Assembly: GCA_048885925.1 (NCBI GenBank)
Contig: JBHLLG010000096.1
Location: forward strand, 1 to 10,898
Origin: Candidatus Hermodarchaeota archaeon
GTDB taxonomy: Archaea; Asgardarchaeota; Lokiarchaeia; Sigyniarchaeales; SOKP01
Length of the DNA stretch: 10,898 nucleotides
Reading direction: 5' to 3'
The first letter of the stretch is position 1. Each line of letters opens with the position of its first letter. A program made the translations under genes and the position numbers. This document shows positions 1-7,635 of this stretch, piece after piece. The notes under the pieces were generated by a model. The model saw nothing but the letters and a program-made list of their open reading frames with translations. It was not told the origin of the DNA and did not search any database.

Positions 1-1064
1 ACTGTTACAATCTCGTCTTTTCGAATACTTTCTGAATTACTCTTTTTTGACTCAATTATAGTTCTAACTTCTGTAACCATTGGATCCTCAGCTTTAATAA
101 TCTTAGGCTTAATTTTAGACTCCAGTTCTTTTAAGTAATCGTTGATATCTTTCTCTTTTATGGTATTTAATTTTGTAATGGGATGAATTGTCCCGAACTG
201 AACATCAAATACAAAATCTTTATCAAGTTTTAATAAATAAAAGCAGTTATGGCATCTAAAAACATGTGGTATTTGAGCAATTGAGCTTTTAGCCCATTGT
301 GCCCAACATATTTTATGTACTAATGTTCCACATGAAGGACATTGCACAATGCCCTCAGTATCTTCCTGAAAACAAATTGAACAAACGGTAAGTTCATTGA
401 AAGCCTTAGGATTATCAGCCAGACTTGTAAAAAATGCGTAAGTTTCTTTCTGATTGATATTTAATTTATATCTTGAGTATAGATATTCCATATTATATTT
501 TTTTACTACGAGTTCATTCAATAAGGGTTTCAGATCTTGAGCATTCTTTATTTGATAAAAATCTCCATTACCCAAAGTTGCTATCTTTTTTAAGATTTCA
601 TTCTCTTCATTATTATTAGTTTCTAAACTTATTATATCTATATAAAATGGTAAATTCTTAACGTCCTTAGCTAATTTTTCTATTATAGGAAATTGGTCAG
701 GTGGAATTCTGGAAACACTTTCATCTAATAGAACTAGCAATCGAAATAATTTTTCTGAAGTTTTTTTAAAATTTTCAATAAGTAGAGAAAGTGCAATTAA
801 AATACCCGCGGAAGTATTAGCTTTTATAATATTATTTTTTAATAATTTTAAGGTCTTCAGAACATAATCTGGGTCGAGAGTAAAATGATTTAAATAATTT
901 GGTCCATCATGAAGAAATAATACGAAATTAAATCTACCAGATGGGTCAATTTTGCGCTTATTCTTCATAAAATCAGAGATTGCATCATTAACTTGCTTAG
1001 ACTTGGTAATTTCAGGAGAAAAACCATAAAAAATAAGACAATCTTCGCTAATTATTGTTGTCAT
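1..1064 (-). CDS. vWA-domain protein (Rpn10/MERIT40/Ssl1-like) with C4HC3 RING-variant/PHD-like zinc finger; 3' end outside window
   Basis: Manual translation from ATG 1064 is open to the window edge (354 codons): MTTIISEDCLIFYGFSPEI...KNKRKIDPSGRFNFVLF...FRLLVLLD...PFYIDIISL...LKKIATLGNGDFYQI (vWA pattern), then CSIC-x10-CPSC-x4-HKICWAQW...CHNC at 243-383. Absent from the ORF track, presumably because no stop lies in the window. Confidence 0.85.
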   Translation of the reverse strand, partial: MTTIISEDCLIFYGFSPEITKSKQVNDAISDFMKNKRKIDPSGRFNFVLFLHDGPNYLNHFTLDPDYVLKTLKLLKNNIIKANTSAGILIALSLLIENFKKTSEKLFRLLVLLDESVSRIPPDQFPIIEKLAKDVKNLPFYIDIISLETNNNEENEILKKIATLGNGDFYQIKNAQDLKPLLNELVVKKYNMEYLYSRYKLNINQKETYAFFTSLADNPKAFNELTVCSICFQEDTEGIVQCPSCGTLVHKICWAQWAKSSIAQIPHVFRCHNCFYLLKLDKDFVFDVQFGTIHPITKLNTIKEKDINDYLKELESKIKPKIIKAEDPMVTEVRTIIESKKSNSESIRKDEIVT

Positions 1065-1539
1065 ATTTAGTTTAGAGATTTACATTAATAATAAAAATAG
1101 ACAAATATAAATTTCATGAAAAAAATTATCAACTTTAATCTATAAAACCATTTAGACCATCGATTAGGACCAAGATCCCCTCTATTAATTAACTAAAAAT
1201 AATATTTACAACCTTTTTTCAAAATTTTACAACTAAAGTGGATAAAACAAATATAAAAGTAATTCAAGAAGTTAACAGCTTTTTTGGACAATTTTACTAT
1301 TAGTCAAAATTCAAATTAAATTCCTATTTTTTTATATATTTTTGGAGGGAAACTCTAATTTTTTATAATTTTCTTATATTTTGCTATCTATTTTAACAAT
1401 CTTTTTATTAATTTTTTTCTCTCTTAATGGACTCCTTGATAAAGAACCTTATTGAGTTAATTCAAAATTCATAAATGAACTAATGAAAATTGTTAATTTC
1501 TATTAACTAAAGAGAAGCAAAAGGCAAATACGACAGGTA

Positions 1540-2040
1540 TTAACCTTCATAAATTTTATTTTTTTCTGTGTTTTCGTGATTTATTTTTCTGTAAATGGTT
1601 AATGTTCTTTTCTTTTGAGTTTCCAATTTACATAAATAGTCAATCCAGCTAGATAAATTCGTTATTATCTTATTTAATTTAGCAGTGTAGGATTTTAACA
1701 TTTTGTTATAATTAATTTCTTTCGGTCTTTCTTCCACAATTAAAAAACAAAAGGAGATATTTTTCATTGTAATTGAAAGTAAATTTTGGATTATTTTTTG
1801 AGAATGTGCATTATATTCATGTTTCCACTTTTCATGACATCGTCTTCTGTACCATTTTTCAATCAATTCCTTAATAGAGGCAATATCACACTTAAGAGTG
1901 TGAATTTTTTCTAAATAGGGATACTTTCTCCCTTTAATATGAAGGATAATATCAGGAAAATCGTAGTGATCCAAAATATAGAGGATTTCCTTTGTTACAT
2001 CTTGAACAGTTTTATCAACTTTAAAGATTGAACACATCAT
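1540..2040 (-). CDS. Hypothetical protein (~166 aa)
   Basis: ORF track gives 1540..2079. The GTG at 2079 overlaps the upstream zinc-finger ORF, so ATG 2040 (MMCSIF...) is the more plausible start. No family recognised. Confidence 0.6.
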   Translation of the reverse strand: MMCSIFKVDKTVQDVTKEILYILDHYDFPDIILHIKGRKYPYLEKIHTLKCDIASIKELIEKWYRRRCHEKWKHEYNAHSQKIIQNLLSITMKNISFCFLIVEERPKEINYNKMLKSYTAKLNKIITNLSSWIDYLCKLETQKKRTLTIYRKINHENTEKNKIYEG

Positions 2041-2051
2041 TTTTTTCTTTT

Positions 2052-2201
2052 CTACCCCTTTTTTGTACATAAATAGCACTCAACTTCTTCAAATTCCTCT
2101 AAATCACTTCGATAGATGATAATTTTTCCAGTATTACCACATAACTCACATTTATTTACAATTAAAATTTCATTGATAAAATTTCTTTTTTCTAAACTCA
2201 T
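2052..2201 (-). CDS. Small zinc-binding protein (CxxC...CxxC), 49 aa (55 aa if started at ATG 2219)
   Basis: Manual translation MSLEKRNFINEILIVNKCELCGNTGKIIIYRSDLEEFEEVECYLCTKKG*. Two CxxCxxxG knuckles; TTTATATA box at 2233-2226, about 25 nt upstream. Confidence 0.7.
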   Translation of the reverse strand: MSLEKRNFINEILIVNKCELCGNTGKIIIYRSDLEEFEEVECYLCTKKG

Positions 2202-2248
2202 CACAATATCAGATACCATTCTTTCTATATAAAGAAAAATCTAATTTC

Positions 2249-2371
2249 TCAAAATTTTTTCAATAATTTGTTAACATTGCGATATTCTGTAATGATCCAA
2301 TTTATGATATCTATGATGTCCTCTTCATTTAGACTTACTGTATTTAATTCCTTATCCAAATATTGGAATTT
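2249..2371 (-). pseudogene. Diverged duplicate or remnant of the C-terminus of the adjacent ATP-cone gene (or a 36-aa micro-ORF from TTG 2359)
   Basis: YLDKELNTVSLNEEDIIDIINWIITEYRNVNKLLKKF* aligns without gaps to DLNKIFAERIECKEVVSDIMNWVISEHQEVNKLIKHI* (14/37 identical, stop at the same position). Confidence 0.65.
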
Positions 2372-2395
2372 TAAAGAATATATCAGAAAGAAACA

Positions 2396-2424
2396 TCTTC
2401 TCAACCGGGGAAAAAGTTGAAAGA
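2396..2424 (-). terminator. Hairpin followed by U-rich tract directly after the ATP-cone stop codon
   Basis: Minus strand TCTTTCAAC-TTTTTCCCCG-GTTGAGAAGA (stem with one bulge, 10-nt loop), then TGTTTCTTTCT. Confidence 0.35.
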
Positions 2425-2427
2425 GTA

Positions 2428-2862
2428 TTAAATATGTTTAATTAATTTATTTACTTCCTGATGTTCTGAAATTACCCAGTTCATAATATCCGAAACAACT
2501 TCTTTACATTCGATCCGTTCAGCAAAAATTTTATTTAAATCATAAACAGGTAATCCTATTCGTGTATATTGCAATCGTTCTTTCTCAAAACCTTCTTTTA
2601 GTAAATGGACATTAACGATTTCTCTAATAAGTGGAGCAGTTATCAATTTCAAGTTTGCGGTGACTAAAAAACGTACGACCTGTTCTGTTATTTTTTTTGC
2701 ATTAAATTTTGAAATGTTGGTTTCTTTTAGAAGGGATTGATAAATAAATCCTGGGTGAAAAATATAAGTCCCATTTTTAGTATGGACTTTAGGCAAAAAT
2801 TTAGCAAAGTTAGGCTGTAAATCGCTCCATTTTTTACTTTTTATAGACAATATTAAGAACAA
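2428..2862 (-). CDS. Stand-alone ATP-cone domain protein resembling the N-terminus of archaeal class III ribonucleotide reductase NrdD
   Basis: SLLKET...AKKITEQV...ITAPLIREIVNVHLLKEG...YTRIGLPVYD matches the ATP-cone plus following TRxGxPVYD segment of archaeal NrdD; no catalytic domain. Start uncertain (TTG 2862 or 2850). Confidence 0.75.
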   Translation of the reverse strand: MFLILSIKSKKWSDLQPNFAKFLPKVHTKNGTYIFHPGFIYQSLLKETNISKFNAKKITEQVVRFLVTANLKLITAPLIREIVNVHLLKEGFEKERLQYTRIGLPVYDLNKIFAERIECKEVVSDIMNWVISEHQEVNKLIKHI

Positions 2863-2971
2863 GTTTATAATTATTTAAATTAAAAAAAATAAGGATTGTA
2901 AATAACTAATTGTAATATTGGAGTATATATTATATTAGATATACTGATTTCATTTAATTATTATTGATTTC

Positions 2972-2985
2972 AAGAAATATATAAA
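2972..2985 (+). promoter_or_regulatory. Putative BRE/TATA box for the U32 gene
   Basis: AAGAAA-TATATAAA, starting about 26 nt upstream of ATG 3004, suggesting a leaderless start at 3004. Confidence 0.3.
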
Positions 2986-2994
2986 ATCCTTTAA

Positions 2995-4239
2995 ATGAAC
3001 ATTATGCTTGAAAAAAGAGTAGAATTAATGGCTCCCTTGAAAAACTTTAAATCTTTAAATGCGGTCTTAGGTAAAGCAGATGCCGTATATTTTGGTGTTG
3101 AGTCCTTTAATATGAGAATGTTCAGCGATAATTTCAAACTAAAAGACTTAAACAAGATAGTTAATGTTTGTCATGATAATAATACTCATGCTTACTTAAC
3201 TACAAACATCGTAATATATGAAAATGAATTCCATCTTTTAGATCAAATATTAGATAAAGCGGTAGAGGCAGAAATTGATGCTGTAATTATTCATGATATA
3301 GGAGCGATCCAATTAGCGAAAAAGAAAGGTTTAAACTTTCACATATCAACGCAAGCTAACATTTCTAATTCTCAGACAGCTATATTTTTTGAATCATTGG
3401 GAGCTGAAAGATTAATTTTAGCACGAGAATTATCATTAACACAAATTAAAGAAATTAAAAATAAACTAACCAAAGTCGAAATTGAAACTTTCGTACATGG
3501 TGCTCAATGTACTTCAATTTCAGGCCGATGTTATTTTTCAGCTGAGATTTGTCAATCTCAAGATTATTCAGCAAATAGAGGAAAATGTATTCAACCATGT
3601 AGAAGGAATTGGCGAGTTATTGATGATCAAAATAATGAGATACTATATGATGGGGTATTCTTTATTAATACAAAAGATCTATGTATGATTGAACATATTC
3701 CAGAATTAATTGATGCGAAAATAGATGCTTTTAAAATTGAAGGTCGAATGAGAGATCCAATCTATATTGAAGAGACCACTTCATGTTACAAGGAAGCTAT
3801 TGATGCCTATTATGATAATAATTTCACGCAAGAAAAGGTAAAAAGCTGGTTAAATCGGTTAAATAAGGTATATAATCGAGGTTTTTCTACAGGATTTTAT
3901 TTTGGAATGCCAAATGGCAGCGAAATACAACGAGATTTTGATGGAAATATCTCAGATTATAAAAAAGTTGAAATAGGGAAGGTATTGAATTATTACCCTC
4001 AAAAAAAAGCTGCAAAAATTCTTTTAACTTCGGGACAACTTAAATTAAAAGATGAGATTTATGTTATAGGGACTCACACAGAAACGTATCTAAGACAGGT
4101 AATAAATTCTATTCAAATTAAGCAAAAGAAAAACTTAACAGAAACCCCCTATATTTCCTCCAAGGAAGAGCGAATAACTATTGGAATTACTGTTGATAAA
4201 CCTGTTAAAAAAAATGATAAAATTTTCAAATTAGAATAA
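2995..4239 (+). CDS. Peptidase U32 family protein (TrhP/RlhA-like Fe-S RNA hydroxylase family)
   Basis: ELMAP, ADAVYFG, HISTQANISN, ILARELSL, FVHGAQCTSISGRC...NRGKCIQPCR (4 Cys), FKIEGRMR, NRGFSTGF motifs and a C-terminal beta-rich domain. Start may be ATG 3004. Confidence 0.93.
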   Translation: MNIMLEKRVELMAPLKNFKSLNAVLGKADAVYFGVESFNMRMFSDNFKLKDLNKIVNVCHDNNTHAYLTTNIVIYENEFHLLDQILDKAVEAEIDAVIIHDIGAIQLAKKKGLNFHISTQANISNSQTAIFFESLGAERLILARELSLTQIKEIKNKLTKVEIETFVHGAQCTSISGRCYFSAEICQSQDYSANRGKCIQPCRRNWRVIDDQNNEILYDGVFFINTKDLCMIEHIPELIDAKIDAFKIEGRMRDPIYIEETTSCYKEAIDAYYDNNFTQEKVKSWLNRLNKVYNRGFSTGFYFGMPNGSEIQRDFDGNISDYKKVEIGKVLNYYPQKKAAKILLTSGQLKLKDEIYVIGTHTETYLRQVINSIQIKQKKNLTETPYISSKEERITIGITVDKPVKKNDKIFKLE

Positions 4240-4378
4240 GGATAAAAATTTTTTATATTAGGGATCTATTTATTAAAGAAGAACTCATCAAAACTCCCTT
4301 AATTAATATATTAAAATTTTGATACTGAAAAAGCGAGGTCTAAAAAAAATTAATTATATTTACCAAAATAAGGAAATC

Positions 4379-5683
4379 TCAATCCCAAGTTGGCTTTTTT
4401 ATGCTCTCATCATCATCTTCAGAATGTATACGTTTTAAATCTATATCTTGATAACCTGGAAGAACTCCTAACATTCTTCTCATAGCAAATTCAACATCCT
4501 TCGCTGAAGCAATAAATCGACCAACTATTAAGATATCTGCTCCTTGATCTATTGCATATGTTGCGGTACTAGGTTCAATTCCTCCAGCAACTGCAACTAA
4601 TACTCTATCTCTTCCTGAGGCTTTCTTTTGACCAGCATAAATTTCTTTAATTTTAGGAACTAAACCCCATCTAGCTCTCTGTTCCGCATCAGGAGACTTA
4701 TCTCCCACGGCAGATTGCTCAACATCAATAGCTCTATGGATTATAACAACATCAGGGATTTGTCTCAAAGATTTTAATTTCTCAAGAGGATTTTCAACTT
4801 CCATTGTATCAACAAAAGCGTGTATACCAAGTCGTTGTGCTTCTAAAATGAATTTATCGAGTGAAGAAGATGAAGCTAATCCACTTGCTACAACTCCGTC
4901 AGCAGTGGCATCAAATGCAAAGTCAACCTCTAATTTTCCAACATCTAAAGTCTTTAAATCAGCTACAATAAATTTATCTTTAGCAACCTCTCGAATTTTC
5001 TTAATCGATTCTACACCATACTTTTTTAGAAATGGAGTACCAACCTCTAAAATAATACGATCACTCTTTGGCAATTCCTTGACAACTTTCATTTGTCTCT
5101 CTAAAGCGGGATGATCTAATGCCACTTGGATATAGGGTGGACGCCAAAGCCTAGGAACTCGTATTCCAGCAACAGGGTGTTTTGCTCTATCTTTATCATA
5201 AAATATTTTCTCAATTGGAGGATATCCTTTTAAAGCTCTCTGGATTGCTAACTTTGTAGCACCATAGTTATATTGATAAATTTTACGATAATCTTCAGCT
5301 GCAGGATGTATATATACACTTGCAATTATTAACCAATCGTCTATTTTATTTAGAGGAATAATTCCTTCTTCTACAGCATCGGCTATCCCTTTAGCAACAG
5401 CTGCTTGAGCAGGACCAAAGATTTTGCTTGCATCTTCCATCTTACTAATTGTTACTTTAGGGACAATAATGGTATAAGGACGTGTTAAAAGATTTGGGCG
5501 AATTCCTGCAAGTAATCCTCCATGTCCTTTTGATGGTTCACTTAATGCGCTTGCAAATGAAATTCCTATAGGTCCATTTTTAGAACCAATTACTAAATCT
5601 ACATGAGCTAAATTTGGGTCTTGATTATCACCAACAAGAGCTTCACCGACAAAATATTCAACAGCTTTAGGCATAATTTTCAC
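4379..5683 (-). CDS. fae-hps: Bifunctional formaldehyde-activating enzyme / 3-hexulose-6-phosphate synthase
   Basis: N-terminal Fae (VGEALVG, AHVDLVIG, RPNL, FGPAQAAVAKGIADAVEEG, YNYGATKLAI); C-terminal HPS barrel (QVALD, LEVGTP, VADLKTLDVG, HRAID, AVAGGI, IVGR). Start GTG 5683 or ATG 5674. Confidence 0.95.
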   Translation of the reverse strand: MKIMPKAVEYFVGEALVGDNQDPNLAHVDLVIGSKNGPIGISFASALSEPSKGHGGLLAGIRPNLLTRPYTIIVPKVTISKMEDASKIFGPAQAAVAKGIADAVEEGIIPLNKIDDWLIIASVYIHPAAEDYRKIYQYNYGATKLAIQRALKGYPPIEKIFYDKDRAKHPVAGIRVPRLWRPPYIQVALDHPALERQMKVVKELPKSDRIILEVGTPFLKKYGVESIKKIREVAKDKFIVADLKTLDVGKLEVDFAFDATADGVVASGLASSSSLDKFILEAQRLGIHAFVDTMEVENPLEKLKSLRQIPDVVIIHRAIDVEQSAVGDKSPDAEQRARWGLVPKIKEIYAGQKKASGRDRVLVAVAGGIEPSTATYAIDQGADILIVGRFIASAKDVEFAMRRMLGVLPGYQDIDLKRIHSEDDDESIKKPTWD

Positions 5684-5901
5684 AATTGATATACTTTACT
5701 TTAAACTCAAATTTCTGTATATTTTGTAGATATTTTTTATTTATAATAGTGTGTTTTATAGATAACATAAAAAAATTGCGTATCTACATTTTTCTAGAGT
5801 TAATCTTTTATTAATAAAATTATCCTTGAATAAAAATTCAAATAGACAAAAAAATTAATATAACATTTTATCTAATTATGAGGTTTTCTTCAATTTTTCT
5901 A

Positions 5902-6237
5902 TTAATTCGTTTTAATATTATTGATAGAATCAATTTTCCAAAGGAATTTTTTGAGATCCACCTTAAATTCATCTAAAAACTCAATTCCTTCTTGTTTTAA
6001 TAGATTTTTTTGATATTCTCGATCTTCAACAGATTTCAAAGCGATTAATCCTTTTGAATTGATAACACGGTGCCATGGAAGATTATACTTTTTTGTAGAT
6101 GAATGTAAAATCCATGAAACTTGTCTAGCGGCAGTTGGATTTCCTGCTATTTTAGCGATAAATCCATAAGTAAGGACTTTCCCTTTTGGAATACTTCTAA
6201 TAATGTAAATGATTTTTTCTGTAAATTCACTTGGGAT
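5902..6237 (-). CDS. Alkyltransferase-like protein (ATL, MGMT family, non-catalytic PWHRV type), 111 aa
   Basis: Manual translation (M)PSEFTEKIIYIIRSIPKGKVLTYGFIAKIAGNPTAARQVSWILH...LPWHRVINSKG...QKNLLKQEGIEF...VDLKKFLW...*. No in-frame ATG/GTG/TTG at the 5' end; ATC 6237 follows a GGTGAT SD-like motif. Confidence 0.9.
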   Translation of the reverse strand: MPSEFTEKIIYIIRSIPKGKVLTYGFIAKIAGNPTAARQVSWILHSSTKKYNLPWHRVINSKGLIALKSVEDREYQKNLLKQEGIEFLDEFKVDLKKFLWKIDSINNIKTN

Positions 6238-6265
6238 TAAATATCACCATATCAGTTTATAAGTT

Positions 6266-7615
6266 TTAATTATAAGATTGATCACGATATTTCTCAACAT
6301 CTTTTGCTTCAACATATAATTGTTCCAATTTTTCTTTATTTAATTCTCTTGTCTCGAATATGATGTGATTGCAATCATATTTAGTAAAATCATTTTCAAA
6401 AATATTTATACCGAAATATTCTCTCTCGTCCCACAAACGAGATCCTGGATACGGAGTTGCCACAAAATAGTTCAATTCATCATTCTCGTCTAATGGTAAA
6501 GATTTTATGTATTCTAAGGTTTGAAAAAAGCTATGCTCAGTTTCTCCTGGTAAACCTAGGACAAAGTAAACTTGAATAGCAATATTGTATTTCTTTAGAT
6601 TTTCAATTCCAATTCTCACTTGTTCTGGATTTTGATATTTGAAATTAGTTTTGAGAACAGTTTCATTTGCAGATTCAATCCCAGTAGCTATTACTTGACA
6701 TCCTGCTTCTTTTAATAACCTTGCATCTTCAGAGGTTATTGTATCTACGCGAAGTTCACACCCCCAACGAATTTTAATCGTATTTTCAATAAACATCTTA
6801 CAAAAATTTCTGAAAAAACCTCTATTAATGTTGATATTATCATAAAAGTTGATATGAGTATAAGTTTGTAAAGATAAGATATCTCTTATTTCTCTAAGAA
6901 TTGATTCGGTACTTCTAATCCTAGTATTTTTAAATAAATTTTGTCTAGAGCAAAATGAACATTGATATGGACAACCTCTATTAATAATAACATTTGCTAC
7001 GGTGTAATAATAATTATCTTGAGATAATTTGAAACGCGCAGGTAAAGGTAAGGTTTCTAAATCTATTTGGCTTGTGCTAGGATTATATTTTAATTTTCCC
7101 TTTGAATCGATAAAGGCAATACCTTTAATGGATTGGAGTTGACTTTCATAATTGCTCAACTTTTTTTTATTTTCAATCTGAATTGTTAATATTTTAACTA
7201 ATTGCAAAAAAGAATCCTCAGCTTCTCCAATACACATAAAATCAATAATATTTTCAGTTTTTTTATCATGTTCTAAAATTTGTTTATATGTAAATGAAAC
7301 ATGTGGACCTCCTAAAATAACATAGTTACTTCCATCTTGATTTTTAATGATTCTTGCGATATGAAGAGCAAGATAAAAAGTATTAGTAAGAGCGGTAATC
7401 CCAAAAATCTTATTACCTTTCACCTTTTCTTTAATTACTTTTTCTAACTCAGAATTGTTTAAATCTATAAATTGCTCAAGATCTAAAATTTCAACAGGAA
7501 TATCATTTGAATCTAAAATAGCTGCTAGATACAATAAACCTGTATTAGGTTCTCTAAAAAAATGAGATCGAACCTCTGAGATTTTTGAAGTCCTTGGATT
7601 AATTAGTAGAATCAT
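6266..7615 (-). CDS. B12-binding domain radical SAM protein
   Basis: N-terminal cobalamin-binding motifs (PxxGLLYLAA, ILGGPHVS, GEAE), RGCPYQCSFC (CxxxCxxC), GIES, FVLGLPGET, TPYPGS. Confidence 0.93.
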   Translation of the reverse strand: MILLINPRTSKISEVRSHFFREPNTGLLYLAAILDSNDIPVEILDLEQFIDLNNSELEKVIKEKVKGNKIFGITALTNTFYLALHIARIIKNQDGSNYVILGGPHVSFTYKQILEHDKKTENIIDFMCIGEAEDSFLQLVKILTIQIENKKKLSNYESQLQSIKGIAFIDSKGKLKYNPSTSQIDLETLPLPARFKLSQDNYYYTVANVIINRGCPYQCSFCSRQNLFKNTRIRSTESILREIRDILSLQTYTHINFYDNININRGFFRNFCKMFIENTIKIRWGCELRVDTITSEDARLLKEAGCQVIATGIESANETVLKTNFKYQNPEQVRIGIENLKKYNIAIQVYFVLGLPGETEHSFFQTLEYIKSLPLDENDELNYFVATPYPGSRLWDEREYFGINIFENDFTKYDCNHIIFETRELNKEKLEQLYVEAKDVEKYRDQSYN

Positions 7616-7635
7616 CTTTATAATTAATTCCTATC

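Noticed and set aside
1067-1079. 13-mer TTAGTTTAGAGAT, also present inverted at 9622-9634
   Set aside because: 13-nt matches are expected by chance in 11 kb of very AT-rich DNA; no transposase or target duplication.
2396-2424. Hairpin considered as a SECIS element or second BHB intron
   Set aside because: Too short, no AUGA/GA core or paired 3-nt bulges, and no in-frame TGA in the upstream gene.
3482-3688. 68-aa + strand ORF from the track
   Set aside because: Alternative frame nested in the well-supported U32 gene; no motif.
4240-4310. Weak resemblance of the sequence after the U32 stop to its own 3' region (GATAAAA..TTAG; AAAGAAGAACTCATCAAAACTCCC vs AAAGAAAAACTTAACAGAAACCCCC)
   Set aside because: Low-complexity, gapped and out of order; not distinguishable from chance by eye, unlike the rpoN and ATP-cone duplicates.
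4848-5114. 88-aa + strand ORF from the track
   Set aside because: Antisense shadow of fae-hps.
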